Assembly: GCA_021801345.1 (NCBI GenBank)
Contig: JAJYYA010000022.1
Span: 1,594 to 65,593 of the forward strand
Direction of reading: 5' to 3'
Source: Nitrospirota bacterium
GTDB taxonomy: Bacteria > Nitrospirota > Leptospirillia > Leptospirillales > Leptospirillaceae
Length of the DNA: 64,000 nt
Below are positions 26,174-36,442 of this stretch, in pieces (position 1 is the stretch's first letter; each line of letters begins with the position of its first letter). Both the position numbers and the translations under genes were made by a program. Below the pieces are notes generated by a model. It searched no databases and was not told the DNA's origin. It saw nothing but the letters and a program-made list of their open reading frames with translations.

Positions 26174-27658
26174 TTAAGATGTGGAAAAGACGCCCGTCTC
26201 GCGAGCGCCTTTCCTGCGTTGACTGACAGGCGGAATATCGAGCTCCGCCCGGTATTTGGCAATCGTTCTCCGGGCTATGACGATCCCGGCTTCCGCAAGC
26301 TTCTTCATGATCTCCTGATCGGCCAGGGGGGCCTCCGGAGACTCGGAGCGCACCATCTGACGGATCCGTTCCCGAACGGAGGTCGCCGAATGGCTCCCCC
26401 CCCCCACAGAGGGAACCCCGCCCGAAAAGAAGCTCTTGAGTTCGACCAGGCCGAAGGGGGTTTCGGCATACTTCTGGTTGGTGACGCGAGAGATTGTCGA
26501 CTCGTGAAGCCCCAGCTCCTGGGCGATCGTCCGGAGGACCAAAGGCTTGAGACCCCGGGGGCCCTCCCGAAAAAAATCGGCCTGGTGGACAAGAAGACTC
26601 TCTCCGACCCGGAGGATCGTCCGCCGCCTCTGGTCGATGCTTTTCAGAAACCACTGGGCCGCCCGCATCTTCTCCTCGAGGTAGTCCCGAAGCTCGTCTT
26701 TTTTCGGAGCGCCCCGGAGCATTGCCCTGTAGGAGGGCTGGATGCGGAGACGGGGAAGCCCCTGATCGCTGATCGCCACCCGCATCTCTCCGTCGTCGTC
26801 CTCGTAGAAGCGGAGGTCCGGAACAACGATCGAGGGGCTCTCCCGATAGTAGGGACGTCCGGGCTTGGGTTCGAGCTGCCGGATGAAGAGCAGGGCCTCC
26901 GCGACATCCTCCGGACGGGCCTTGGTCTTTCTGGCGATGGCCCGGGCATCCATCTCCAGAAACTCCGGAAAGGCAAGTGCCAGGATCCGTCCGGGAAGGG
27001 CCTCCCCCTGCCCCAAAAGTCGGGTCTGGATCTCCAGGCACTCCTGAAGGGAGCGCGCCCCCACGCCGGGAGGATCGAGCTCCTGGATCGTCCGGATGAC
27101 GCGCTCGATGTCGCACCCTTCGGAGGTCTTCGGGATCTCCCGGCCTTCGAGCCTCAGATAGCCGTCCTCGTCGATGTTGCCGACAAGGTAGGAGGCCGCC
27201 TCCCGCTCCGGCGGGGAGAGGTCGGTGAAGGAGAGCTGCCATTCGAGATGGTCGGACAGGCTCGTCGGCTGGGAGAGAACCTTCTCGTAGGAGAACTCCC
27301 CGGCGTCGGACTCCCGGAGAGTTCTCTCCTCCCGCTGGTACGACTCGTTGTCGAGGCTCTCGTCGACGGAGTAGTCCCAGTTCGCAAGAGGATCGACCAA
27401 CGACTCCTCCTCCGCAGCCGGCCCTTGCACCTCCATCCGGTCGTCCATCGTGGGAGCCGGCCCCTCTCCCTCCTCGCCCGGTGACCAATCGCCCTCGTCA
27501 TCTCCCTCCAGGATCTCGAGGAGTGGGTTTTCAAGCACCGCCTCCTGCATCTCCTGGGCAAGGTCAAGCCGGTTCAGCATCAGGAGGTTGATGGCCTGCT
27601 GAAGCTGAGGCGTCATGACCATCTTCTGGGTCAGGCGGAGGTCGAGCTGCTGCTTCAC
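26174..27658 (-). CDS. rpoN: RNA polymerase sigma-54 factor
   Basis: 494 aa with N-terminus [26 protein letters not shown] and a C-terminal RpoN box ARRTIAKYR. Confidence 0.95.
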   Translation of the reverse strand: MKQQLDLRLTQKMVMTPQLQQAINLLMLNRLDLAQEMQEAVLENPLLEILEGDDEGDWSPGEEGEGPAPTMDDRMEVQGPAAEEESLVDPLANWDYSVDESLDNESYQREERTLRESDAGEFSYEKVLSQPTSLSDHLEWQLSFTDLSPPEREAASYLVGNIDEDGYLRLEGREIPKTSEGCDIERVIRTIQELDPPGVGARSLQECLEIQTRLLGQGEALPGRILALAFPEFLEMDARAIARKTKARPEDVAEALLFIRQLEPKPGRPYYRESPSIVVPDLRFYEDDDGEMRVAISDQGLPRLRIQPSYRAMLRGAPKKDELRDYLEEKMRAAQWFLKSIDQRRRTILRVGESLLVHQADFFREGPRGLKPLVLRTIAQELGLHESTISRVTNQKYAETPFGLVELKSFFSGGVPSVGGGSHSATSVRERIRQMVRSESPEAPLADQEIMKKLAEAGIVIARRTIAKYRAELDIPPVSQRRKGARETGVFSTS

Positions 27659-28401
27659 GGGGCTCCCTGGACCATATCCTGGTTCAGGAGAAACCTCTCA
27701 CCGAGGTAAAACTCCCTGACCCGGGGCGAGGAGGCGATCTGACGGGGCGTGCCCTCCTCGAGGATCTGCCCCTGGTTGATGACGTAAGCCCTGTCGGTGA
27801 TCTCGAGCGTCTCCCGCACATTGTGATCGGTAATCAGGACCCCGATCCCCCGCGCCTTCAGCTGGGCAATGATCTTCTGTATCTCGATGACGGCGATCGG
27901 GTCGATCCCGGCGAAGGGCTCGTCGAGGAGAATATACTCGGGCTTCGTCGCAAGAGCCCGCGCCACCTCGACCCGCCGACGCTCCCCTCCGGAAAGAGTA
28001 TAGGCCTTGCTGGTCCGAAGATGGCCCACGTTAAGTTCGGAGAGGAGCGTGTCGAGGCGGTTCTGCCGCTCCTCCGCCGTCAGGTCCATGAACTCGAGCA
28101 CCGCCATGATGTTGTCGGAGACCGAGAGCTTCCGGAAGATCGAGGACTCCTGGGGAAGATAGCTGATCCCGAGCCGGGCCCTCTTGTGCATGGGCATCCG
28201 GGAGATGTCCTCTCCCCCCATCAGAATGCGTCCCCCGTCGGGCTTTACAAGCCCCACGATCATGTAGAAGGAAGTCGTTTTCCCGGCCCCGTTCGGCCCC
28301 AGAAGGCCCACGACCTCGCCGGGGTTCACGAGAAGGTTCACCCCGTTCACCACCCGGCGTTTGTGGTAGGTCTTCATGAGACCGATCGCCTCAATGGCCA
28401 C
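27655..28401 (-). CDS. lptB: LPS export ABC transporter ATP-binding protein
   Basis: Walker [10 protein letters not shown], signature LSGGERRR, and Walker B ILLDEP. Its position between lptA and rpoN supports the call. Confidence 0.92.
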   Translation of the reverse strand: MAIEAIGLMKTYHKRRVVNGVNLLVNPGEVVGLLGPNGAGKTTSFYMIVGLVKPDGGRILMGGEDISRMPMHKRARLGISYLPQESSIFRKLSVSDNIMAVLEFMDLTAEERQNRLDTLLSELNVGHLRTSKAYTLSGGERRRVEVARALATKPEYILLDEPFAGIDPIAVIEIQKIIAQLKARGIGVLITDHNVRETLEITDRAYVINQGQILEEGTPRQIASSPRVREFYLGERFLLNQDMVQGAP

Positions 28402-29056
28402 CCGACGCCCCTGACGAAACGGCCGGCTCCGCCCCCCGAGAGGGCTTCGCGCCCTTTCTCCCGCCGGAGTCGAGGAGCATGAGACTATGGCCCTGAACCA
28501 CGCTCTTGTTCAGCCTCGTAAAGAATGTGATGCGCTCTCCGCTCATCCGGTCTCCGTTCTGGATCACGACGGGCTCCCTCGTCAGCACAAAAAGATGCGC
28601 CGCCTCGACATAGACGGCACGCCCGGAATACGCCGTCCTACGGGGCGTCCGGATGATCACGTGGCCGGTCGCCACCATAGTCTCGACCCGCTGGCTGGAC
28701 CCGCCCTGGCCCGTCTCCTCCATCAGGGTCTTCCCCTTGCCCGCCTTCCGGAGATAGACGATCAGGTCGTCGGAGGTGAGGCGGAGGGTCCCCTTGACCA
28801 GATGCACATGCCCCGTAAAGGTGATCTCGTTTTCGATGTTTCTCGCCAGCATATGGTCGGCCCGCACCACCATCGCCGCGGGAGCCTTCCGGCGTGCCGG
28901 CCCCTTGACCCGGTGCTCCCCTCCGGAAGGCGTCTCCGCCCCCCAGGAAAACATGGGAGACAAAAGCAAGACGCCCAGAATAACGGGTGCGCCGGCACAA
29001 AGGAGAACCCGGCCTCTTTTGCCCGGCCTCATCGCCCTATCCGGCAAAAACCGCAT
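28391..29056 (-). CDS. lptA: LPS transport periplasmic protein LptA (OstA-like)
   Basis: Start chosen at ATG 29056 (SD GAGAGGA 7 nt upstream); 29032 is an alternative. It has a signal peptide and OstA-type beta-jellyroll repeats ([27 protein letters not shown]). Operon context fits. Confidence 0.75.
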   Translation of the reverse strand: MRFLPDRAMRPGKRGRVLLCAGAPVILGVLLLSPMFSWGAETPSGGEHRVKGPARRKAPAAMVVRADHMLARNIENEITFTGHVHLVKGTLRLTSDDLIVYLRKAGKGKTLMEETGQGGSSQRVETMVATGHVIIRTPRRTAYSGRAVYVEAAHLFVLTREPVVIQNGDRMSGERITFFTRLNKSVVQGHSLMLLDSGGRKGAKPSRGAEPAVSSGASGGH

Positions 29057-29615
29057 GGACATTCCTCTCGACGGTGAAGGACTGGGTCTTGGGGACGGAG
29101 GCGAGCCCCACCCCGTGGATGACAATCCCCCGACCCACGAGGGTCACATCGCCCTCCGTTGTGATGGTATCGGAGGCGTCGTGGTAATGCAATTGTCGGG
29201 CCACCACGAGAAGGCCCGTAGAGAAGTTCGCCGAAACGGGAACGGTCCGTCCCGAAACAAGAAACTGATGGCCGGCCCGGTCGATGGTGCCTTCCTGGCT
29301 CCGGATATCGAGAGAGAGCGTGCTCGAGAGGATGATGTGGGCGGAGAGGTCGGAGAGCGTCGTCCGGGTCTGCCCCTGCCCCACGGTCGCCTCCCGGGCC
29401 CGCACGAACCACCGCGTCCGGGAGCGAAGCGTGCGGGAGTAAGTGAAGTTCCGGATGATGACGGACGGTTTCTCCGGGGGATGGAGATCGGTCGGAACCG
29501 CCCCCCGGTCCGCCACGTGCCGCCGGGCCAGGAATCCAAAGAGGAGGATGGCCCCGAGAAGGGGCAAGAGGGAGAGAAGCACAAGAATCGACTTCCTGCG
29601 AAGAAAGGTCAGCAT
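29037..29615 (-). CDS. lptC: LPS export system protein LptC
   Basis: 192 aa with an N-terminal anchor. Its position upstream of lptA-lptB fits LptC, and it has a beta-rich periplasmic part. Confidence 0.7.
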   Translation of the reverse strand: MLTFLRRKSILVLLSLLPLLGAILLFGFLARRHVADRGAVPTDLHPPEKPSVIIRNFTYSRTLRSRTRWFVRAREATVGQGQTRTTLSDLSAHIILSSTLSLDIRSQEGTIDRAGHQFLVSGRTVPVSANFSTGLLVVARQLHYHDASDTITTEGDVTLVGRGIVIHGVGLASVPKTQSFTVERNVHAVFAG

Positions 29616-29672
29616 GCCCCCCCCCCGCGACGCGCACCGGCGGCAGAGCCGGGAGCCCCCCCGGACAGGAGC

Positions 29673-30635
29673 CTACTCGGAAAAATCGTTGAACAGCCTC
29701 TTAAGGGCGGAGATTCCTTCGGCGATCACTCCCGCCGAATGCGCCAGCTGGCCCGACTCCTCCGAAGAGAGAGGAAGAACGACGACCTCCTCGAGCCCCT
29801 GGTTTCCGAGGCGAACGGGAACTCCCACGAAGGAACCGCTGATCCCGTACTCCCCTTCGAGAAGGACGGAGGAGGGGATGATCCGGTGGCGGTCGTGAAG
29901 AATCGACTCGATCATCGAATAGATCGCGGCCGCCGGAGCGAAGTAGGCCGAAGAATCCTTCATGAGATGGACAATCTCGGCCCCCCCGTGGCGGGTCCTC
30001 TGCACGATCGCCTCAAGACGGTCGGGGGGGACCATCTTCCGGACCGGAACTCCGGCGATGGTGGAAAAGTCGAGCAGGGGGACCATCTGATCTCCATGTC
30101 CGCCCATGACGAGGCTATGGATGTTCGAGACGGAGGTGCGGGTCTCCTCGGAGAGAAAGTAGGCGAATCGCGAGCTGTCGAGAGCCCCCCCCATGCCGAT
30201 CACCCGCTCCCGCGGAAAGCCCGTCACCCGCCAAAGGACGTAGGCCATGAGATCCATCGGGTTGGTCACGGGAATGATAATGCTGTCGGGGGCGAACTTC
30301 CGGATGTTGAGCGCGACGTCGCGGATGATCTCCCCGTTCTTGTGCAGGAGGTCGTCGCGGGACATGCCGGGCTTTCTTGAAAAACCTGCCGTTACGACGA
30401 CGACCGAGGAGTCGGCGATCTCCTCGTAGTGGCCCGTCCCGGTAATGCGCGTATCGAAGCCCATGAGGGGACCCGCCTCGAGAATGTCGAGGGACTTCCC
30501 TTGGGCGACCCCGTCGCGGATATCGAGGAGCACGACGTCGGCCAAGCCGTTCTCGACGATCTTCTGGGCGGTGGTCGCACCGACGTTGCCGGCCCCGATG
30601 ATGCTGACCTTTCTTCTCTTCTTTGGTATCCGCAC
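29673..30635 (-). CDS. mdh: malate dehydrogenase (LDH-like family)
   Basis: Contains IIGAGNVG and GFSRKPGMSRDDL, where the Arg-containing substrate loop indicates MDH rather than LDH, plus NPMD. Confidence 0.88.
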   Translation of the reverse strand: MRIPKKRRKVSIIGAGNVGATTAQKIVENGLADVVLLDIRDGVAQGKSLDILEAGPLMGFDTRITGTGHYEEIADSSVVVVTAGFSRKPGMSRDDLLHKNGEIIRDVALNIRKFAPDSIIIPVTNPMDLMAYVLWRVTGFPRERVIGMGGALDSSRFAYFLSEETRTSVSNIHSLVMGGHGDQMVPLLDFSTIAGVPVRKMVPPDRLEAIVQRTRHGGAEIVHLMKDSSAYFAPAAAIYSMIESILHDRHRIIPSSVLLEGEYGISGSFVGVPVRLGNQGLEEVVVLPLSSEESGQLAHSAGVIAEGISALKRLFNDFSE

Positions 30636-31022
30636 AAGGCTCTCCTTCTACCCTCAGCCGCCAGAAGCTGCCAGAAACCGACAGCCGCTGACTGTCCTGA
30701 CGGTCCCCGCTTTTCGTCTGCGACAAACACACACACCTGCCCACTCCCTTCAGGAGCCAAGAGTGCGGCAGAAAACCTGAAAAAGCCATCATTCGATGGA
30801 TCGGATCATACCCGATCGGCGGGAAAAAGGCAAGACGGACAGTCGTTTTGGAAAAGGCGGGAAGGGTTTGTCCCGTTCCGGAGCTCACGGACAAAGAGCC
30901 TATGGAAAAGGGAGGCTCCCGGAGAAAATGGACACGGCCGGAGGGGATTTCGGCAGGCAAAGCTCCCTCCCGCCTCGGCAGGGAGGAGCCCCCAAGGAAG
31001 AGGCCCTCCGGTCAGAATCCGA

Positions 31023-32873
31023 CTACCCTCCGGAAGAAAAAATCTCCCAGCCGTTCCGCCCCCGTTTTTTGACCTCGTAGAGCGCGGCATCGGCGTGCGA
31101 GAGAAGAAGATCGGAGTCGGCCCGGTCCGGCGGACATAAGGTCACGCCGAGACTTCCCGAAATCGCGACCGGCCCCCCGGACACCGTCACGGGAGCCCTC
31201 AGCGCAGCGATAATCCGGTCGAAGACGGCATCGTCCTCGCCGATTCCGGAGAACAGAAGACCAAACTCGTCTCCTCCGAGGCGGGCGAGGGTATCGGTCG
31301 AGCGCCGCATCTTTTCGAGACGCCGGGAGACATGGACGAGAAGCTCGTCTCCCGCCGGATGCCCGTACCGGTCGTTCACCTCCTTGAAGCCGTCGAGATC
31401 GAGAATCCCCACGGCAAACCGGAGGGAGGGATCGCGGACGGATCGGACGACCTCCTCCTCGAGGCGCATCATGAAGCTTCGCCGGTTGGGAAGATCGGTC
31501 AGGGGATCGTGGAACGCCTGGTGGACAATCCGCTCCTCGTCCTCCTTTCGTCGGGTGATGTCGGAGAAGAGACCGAAATAGCCGGTCTTGACATCGTCCT
31601 TCTCGATAACGTTGATGTCGAACCACCCCCAGTAGCCCTCTCCCGTTTTCTTTCGGCACCAGGACTCTCCCGACCAGGATCCGCGGGAATCGACCCGTTC
31701 CCAGAGCGCCCGGAAAAAGTCGTCGGTGACATCGTCTGAGGCCAGCATCCGCGAGGGCTTGCCGAGCACGTCTTTCGGCTCGTACCCGGTGATGGCGGAG
31801 AAGGCCGGATTGACGCGGACGATCCTTCGGGCGGTGTCGGCCACGAAGATCGCAAAGGGGCTCGCCTCGAAGATCTTCTCGGAAAGATTGCGCTCCTCCT
31901 CCGCCATCAGGCGCTCCGTCACGTCCCGGCCGATCACCACGAGGCTCTGGCGCGAGCCGTCCTTGGCAAAGATCGGGATCTTCCGGCTCTCGATCACATG
32001 GGCCGAGCCGTCAGGAGCCGTCACGATCTCCACGGCGTCGGAGACGGTTCGAGACCTCCAGGCCTCTTCGTCGGTCGAGAGACAGCCCAGATGGGCCTTG
32101 CTGAAAGCAGGGTTGATCCGGGACATTTCCTCCTCGGTCTTACCGATCCAGTCGGCCCGGTCGAGAAGCCCGAAAAGCTCAAGTCCGGCCTTATTGACAA
32201 TGCGCCAGGCACCATGGCCGTCCTTGAGCCAGACCCCGTCGGGAATGGCGTCGACGAGCGTCCGAAAATACGCCTCGGACTCGCGGCGGGCGGACTCGGA
32301 GTCGATGTGGTCGAGGGTGAAGGAGACGATCCGCGAGGCCTCGATCAACAGCTCCCGGATCTCGGGGGTAAAGAAATCCGTCCGGTCGGAGACGACGTTA
32401 AAGGTTCCGACGGTGCGTCCCCCCCGGGCAATCGGACATATCCCCGACGACCGAAAGGAGATGCTGGCGTAATCGTCGGCTCGCCGGGCCAGTCCTGCGG
32501 CGCGGTAGACCGAGTCGAGATCGTCGATAAAGACGGATTCACCGCTTCGGAAGACGCGGACCGTTCCCGTTCTGGCATCGAAAGAGGAAGGGTCGAGCGA
32601 AAAGGAGAGGGGATGGCGGTCTTTTTTGTTTTCGGGGTCGGTGATATGGTGGACGCCGAGGCGAAGAGTCTCCCCTTGGACAAAGTAGAAGCCCGCTGCG
32701 GTAAAGCCTGCCCGCTCGACAAGAAGGGAGATCGTCCCGGCAAGAAACTCTTCCTCGGGAAGATCCTGCCGGGCAAGAGCGTTGAGGGAGGTCAGCGCCC
32801 CGTGCATGCGTGCAAGGGTCGCAAAGGACTCCCGGATCCCCTGGATCTCCTCAAGCCCCCCGTCTTTGTCCAC
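31023..32873 (-). CDS. GAF-PAS-PAS-GGDEF diguanylate cyclase
   Basis: Preferred start is the GTG at 32873 (SD GGAGGAGGAG 4 nt upstream); the ORF-track ATG is at 32984. The active site is intact (RLGGDEFGLL) with I-site RSTD 5 residues upstream. Confidence 0.85.
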   Translation of the reverse strand: MDKDGGLEEIQGIRESFATLARMHGALTSLNALARQDLPEEEFLAGTISLLVERAGFTAAGFYFVQGETLRLGVHHITDPENKKDRHPLSFSLDPSSFDARTGTVRVFRSGESVFIDDLDSVYRAAGLARRADDYASISFRSSGICPIARGGRTVGTFNVVSDRTDFFTPEIRELLIEASRIVSFTLDHIDSESARRESEAYFRTLVDAIPDGVWLKDGHGAWRIVNKAGLELFGLLDRADWIGKTEEEMSRINPAFSKAHLGCLSTDEEAWRSRTVSDAVEIVTAPDGSAHVIESRKIPIFAKDGSRQSLVVIGRDVTERLMAEEERNLSEKIFEASPFAIFVADTARRIVRVNPAFSAITGYEPKDVLGKPSRMLASDDVTDDFFRALWERVDSRGSWSGESWCRKKTGEGYWGWFDINVIEKDDVKTGYFGLFSDITRRKEDEERIVHQAFHDPLTDLPNRRSFMMRLEEEVVRSVRDPSLRFAVGILDLDGFKEVNDRYGHPAGDELLVHVSRRLEKMRRSTDTLARLGGDEFGLLFSGIGEDDAVFDRIIAALRAPVTVSGGPVAISGSLGVTLCPPDRADSDLLLSHADAALYEVKKRGRNGWEIFSSGG

Positions 32874-33004
32874 GATGCTCCTCCTCCGAGTCCGTATGCG
32901 ACGACTCCGAACATAATAACATAGCGAAGGCGATGACTTCTGAGATCGGGCGGAGTCTTCTCTCAAAGGATTTGAGCCGGTCACGGCTCGCGCCCCCGCA
33001 GCAC

Positions 33005-33023
33005 AAAAAACACCGATCCGGTG
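33005..33023 (-). terminator. small intrinsic terminator candidate
   Basis: The minus strand reads CACCG-gat-CGGTG followed by TTTTTT, just after the 8-codon ORF. Confidence 0.4.
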
Positions 33024-33028
33024 CAGAG

Positions 33029-33055
33029 TCAGACTGATATCGCGAGCCGCTTCAT
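33029..33055 (-). pseudogene. 8-codon ORF (MKRLAISV*), possibly a remnant of the toxin partner of the DUF433 gene
   Basis: Its ATG overlaps the DUF433 stop as ATGA, the usual TA-operon junction. The reading frame stops after 8 codons and is followed by a terminator-like hairpin. Confidence 0.25.
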
Positions 33056-33294
33056 GCTGTGGTCAGAGGAACCTCGCGCTCTTTGGCTCGCCATGCGGCG
33101 TAGTGAAGTGCCTGCAAAACGTCTTCGCGTTCGAGGCAGGGATAGTCCGCCAAAATCTCGTCGAAGCTGTGTCCGGCTCCGACTTGCCCCACGACCATGC
33201 CGACAGTGACCCGCATTCCACGGATGCACGCTTTTCCGCCCATCACATCGGGCTTCTGCGTGATGCGACTAAAGTTGTTCCCTGCTCTGCTCAT
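33052..33294 (-). CDS. DUF433 domain protein (antitoxin-like)
   Basis: 80 aa. GGKACIRGMRVTVGMVVGQV..GHSFDEILADYPCLEREDVLQALHYA matches the DUF433 core (GGxPxIxGTRIxV...ILxxYPxLxxEDIxAAL). Confidence 0.75.
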   Translation of the reverse strand: MSRAGNNFSRITQKPDVMGGKACIRGMRVTVGMVVGQVGAGHSFDEILADYPCLEREDVLQALHYAAWRAKEREVPLTTA

Positions 33295-33499
33295 CTCATC
33301 GATCCTCGTCCTAACAGTCTTTTGACAACGCACCCGAACAATGGGAGGCCCAGGACATGAACAGACTTGCCCGAAGCTTCGGCAGCCGATCTGACCTGCC
33401 CAAGTCCAGAACGTGACCCTTCCGGCAGACGATCGTCTTGCCTTGCCAACCACGGGATCGGCTTGCCGCCCATGCCTTCAAAGTCCTCCGGCAAAGGCG

Positions 33500-34858
33500 T
33501 TATCGACCGATCTCACGGTCGAGGCCGTCTTCGATCATCTGGAGGCGGAACCGGTCGGCCACAAGCCGCTCCCGACTGGTGATGAGCTGGGTCTCGGCAT
33601 CGAGCGCCGTCACCCCGTCGAGAAGCCCCCGGGAAAACCTCCGCTCAACAAGCCCGAGATTGGTCCGGGCATGATCGTAACGCCTCCGGTCGAGACGGAG
33701 AGTCTCCTCCTGGGTTTGGACATCGTAGACGAGCTTTCGGACATTCCGGGCAATCCGGATCCTGACAAGCCTCGTCTTCTCGCTCTCGCGCCGGGCCTCC
33801 ATGCGCGCCTTCTCCGTCTCGTAATGGATCTCCCCCCCCACGAATATCGGAATGGTCAGGGCCACCCCGCTCTGAAAGGTCGGCAGGAAAAGCCCCGTCC
33901 CGGGAGGTGCCCCCGAGATGGTCGCAGGCACTCCCCACAGCAGGTACCCTTGGGCAAAGAGCGAGACATGGGGGAAGTTTCGCGTTTTGACCTCGTCGAC
34001 ATGGTTTCTGGCCTCCCTGTCCCGGGCCCGGGCCGCCAGAAGAAGGGGTCGGTGGGCCATGGCATAGGCCATGGCCGAGGAAAGGTCGACCGGGGAAGGC
34101 TCGGGAAGGGCCTCTCTGCGGGTCTTGAAGGACCCCGATTCCCGACCCATGGCATAGGCGAGGTCGGCCTGGGCCTTGCGCCAGGCGTTCTTCGTCCGGA
34201 TCTCCGCAAGCTTCGTCTTTTCGAGGAGAAGTCTCGCCATGGTGACGTCGGTCACCACCCCGAAGCCGCTCTCAAGCCGCAAGGCGGCCTGGCGATAATG
34301 CAGGGCGGCATCCTCCACATTCTTTTTCGACGCCCGGAGAAGATGCTCGAACATGGCGAGCTGGTCGTAGGCGACCCGCGCCCGGTAGGAGACCGAAAGA
34401 CGCGCCTCGGCAAGCTCCTGTCTCCGGCTTTCAAGTCGCTCCCTCGCGGCGGCGACCCGATAGTGCCGGCGGCCGAAGTCGGTGATCTCCTGGGTCAGGG
34501 TCGGGTTCAGAAGCTCCGGAGCGATCGGCTGGTAGTCGGGGAAAACCCCGCCGACAAAGGCCGTGTTCAGAAAAAGCTGGTCGACAGAAAGCGTCAGGTG
34601 AGGGTAGTAGTCGGAGAGGGCGGAGCCCACCCCTTCGTCCTCGGCCCGGCTCCGGTCGAGGGCCATCCGGACCAAGGGATGGGACGAGAGGGCCGTTTTG
34701 ACGGCCGTCTCCCGGTCGATCTCGACTGGGGCGGCCTCGGCGGCCCAAGCGACGGGAAAGAGCCCGGGAAGGGTGAGCAGAAGACCCAAGGCGAGCCTCC
34801 CCGCACCTTCAAGGGTCCGGCCGAATCCCCGCCGCAGCCGGTGAGCCCGGGAGGTCAA
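33500..34858 (-). CDS. TolC-family outer-membrane efflux protein
   Basis: The only in-frame start near the upstream stop is the TTG at 34858; there is no ATG before MALDRS. It has a signal-like N-terminus and two OEP repeats with long coiled-coil segments. Confidence 0.7.
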   Translation of the reverse strand: MTSRAHRLRRGFGRTLEGAGRLALGLLLTLPGLFPVAWAAEAAPVEIDRETAVKTALSSHPLVRMALDRSRAEDEGVGSALSDYYPHLTLSVDQLFLNTAFVGGVFPDYQPIAPELLNPTLTQEITDFGRRHYRVAAARERLESRRQELAEARLSVSYRARVAYDQLAMFEHLLRASKKNVEDAALHYRQAALRLESGFGVVTDVTMARLLLEKTKLAEIRTKNAWRKAQADLAYAMGRESGSFKTRREALPEPSPVDLSSAMAYAMAHRPLLLAARARDREARNHVDEVKTRNFPHVSLFAQGYLLWGVPATISGAPPGTGLFLPTFQSGVALTIPIFVGGEIHYETEKARMEARRESEKTRLVRIRIARNVRKLVYDVQTQEETLRLDRRRYDHARTNLGLVERRFSRGLLDGVTALDAETQLITSRERLVADRFRLQMIEDGLDREIGR

Positions 34859-34859
34859 C

Positions 34860-35804
34860 TCAGGACTTCCGGACAATGGCCACCTCGGCAGACATCCCCG
34901 GATAGAGGGCCCGGCCCAGGAGATCGTCGAAGACGATGCGCACGGGGATGCGCTGGACGACCTTGACGAAGGTTCCTGCGGCGTTCTGGAGCGGAAGCCG
35001 CGAGAACGCCTGGCTTGCCGCAGGGATGAACTCGAGCACATGTCCCGAAAACTGTACCCCCGGATAGGCGTCGACCCGGATGCGGACTTTCTGGCCGGGA
35101 TGGACCTTCCAGACCTGGGTCTCCCGGAGATAGGCGTCGAGCCAGATGTCCTCGCGACTCAGGGGATCGACAAGGCTTAAAAGGGGCTGGGACGGGGTGA
35201 CCGCATCGCCAAGGGTTACGAGCCGCTGGATGATCTGCCCCTTGCGGGGGGCAAAGACGGTGCGGTTTCGGGGGTGAACCTCCGAGACGGCAAGCGCTTC
35301 CCGGTCGGCCGCAACCATCCGCTCGACCTGCGCCAGGGCCTCCTCTTTCTTTTTGTAGGTCGTCTCCAAATCCTCGAGATCCTGGGCCGAGATGAAGCGG
35401 TTCGACAGAAGCGCCTTCCCCCGGCGGTAGTGGTCCCGGGCATCGGCCACCTCCCGGGCGATCCGGACCTTTCTGGCGAGATCGCGGGCCAGGGTCCGGT
35501 AGGGAGAGAGGTTGGCCGAGACGTTGTGCTTCCTGTTGTAGCGGTCGCCTGTCGTGTCGATCGTCGCAAGGACCTCCCCCATCTTCACCCGGTCGCCCTC
35601 GTTGACGCCGAGGGCGATGAGGCGTCCGCCGACGGGCGTGGCGACGAGGGTGATCTTGCCCTGGACGTAGCAGTCGACCGAGCGGACATAACGCCCCCGG
35701 TCGACCAGAAGAAAGAGACCCCAAAGAAGGGTTGCCAAAAGCCCCAGAAGGGGCAGGAGGATCCTGGGAGAGCGCCAGGAAGGAAGCGGAGGGTCACCGG
35801 CCAT
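34860..35804 (-). CDS. HlyD/EmrA-family membrane fusion protein
   Basis: ATG at 35804 (SD GAGG); the alternative is 35846. It has a single TM helix and a lipoyl-like motif (VATPVGGRLIALGVNEGDRVKMGEVLATID), followed by a coiled coil and a beta-barrel. Confidence 0.8.
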   Translation of the reverse strand: MAGDPPLPSWRSPRILLPLLGLLATLLWGLFLLVDRGRYVRSVDCYVQGKITLVATPVGGRLIALGVNEGDRVKMGEVLATIDTTGDRYNRKHNVSANLSPYRTLARDLARKVRIAREVADARDHYRRGKALLSNRFISAQDLEDLETTYKKKEEALAQVERMVAADREALAVSEVHPRNRTVFAPRKGQIIQRLVTLGDAVTPSQPLLSLVDPLSREDIWLDAYLRETQVWKVHPGQKVRIRVDAYPGVQFSGHVLEFIPAASQAFSRLPLQNAAGTFVKVVQRIPVRIVFDDLLGRALYPGMSAEVAIVRKS

Positions 35805-36177
35805 AGAAAACCTCGGAGTCGTGGCCAGCAGCCACGAACAGAGCACAGAAAGACCGCTCGTCGCGGAAGCCGCCAGACAAGTCGTGATCCGACAGGATCA
35901 GCATGTTGACATTCGGAAAGGCCGGGGCACATCGAGGAAGGCAGGGGGCGAACGAACCCCTCCCACCACATGTGCCAGGACCATCCCCAGGACAACCTAT
36001 GGTAGGAGTCATCACCCGAAAAAAGGGATTAGGCGAACCCCATCGCCGTCCGCAGGAGGCGGACGTCCCTATCTTATCACCGAAGGGACCCCGAATCCAT
36101 TCCTCTGTTTTTTAGACCTCGGCCCATTCTATCCCGTCCGCAAAGCGGCCACCCTGACGGGGATCATACCTTTCTCT

Positions 36178-36207
36178 AACCGGCTCGAACCGGCCCGAAC
36201 CGGCACG
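36178..36207. repeat. three tandem 10-bp units AACCGGC(T/C/A)CG
   Basis: aaccggctcg aaccggcccg aaccggcacg, read directly. The repeat sits in a ~600-bp non-coding gap. Confidence 0.9.
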
Positions 36208-36442
36208 GACGCCGGGGAAAAAGTCGCTCTCCCCCCCCTCCCCGAAGACCGGCCCCCTCCCTGAGAGAAGTCGGTCTTCGATGGAGACTCTCTCAAAACT
36301 CCTCGTCTCGCTTTGCGCGTCACGCACCAGAGCTCGGCGGCGCTTTCGATTTTGCTTTCCGGGGGATCGAGATCCCCTTTGGAAAAGCCCGCTCAAGTTT
36401 TTTCCCCGCTTGTCCGAAAAGAACTTCGAAAGGAGGTCTGCC

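Noticed and set aside
35794-36015. 73-aa minus-strand ORF just upstream of the HlyD-like gene (..MLILSDHDLSGGFRDERSF..), considered as a missing pump or a small accessory protein.
   Set aside because: It is not hydrophobic, has no motif or SD, and overlaps the MFP start. At most it is a gene remnant.
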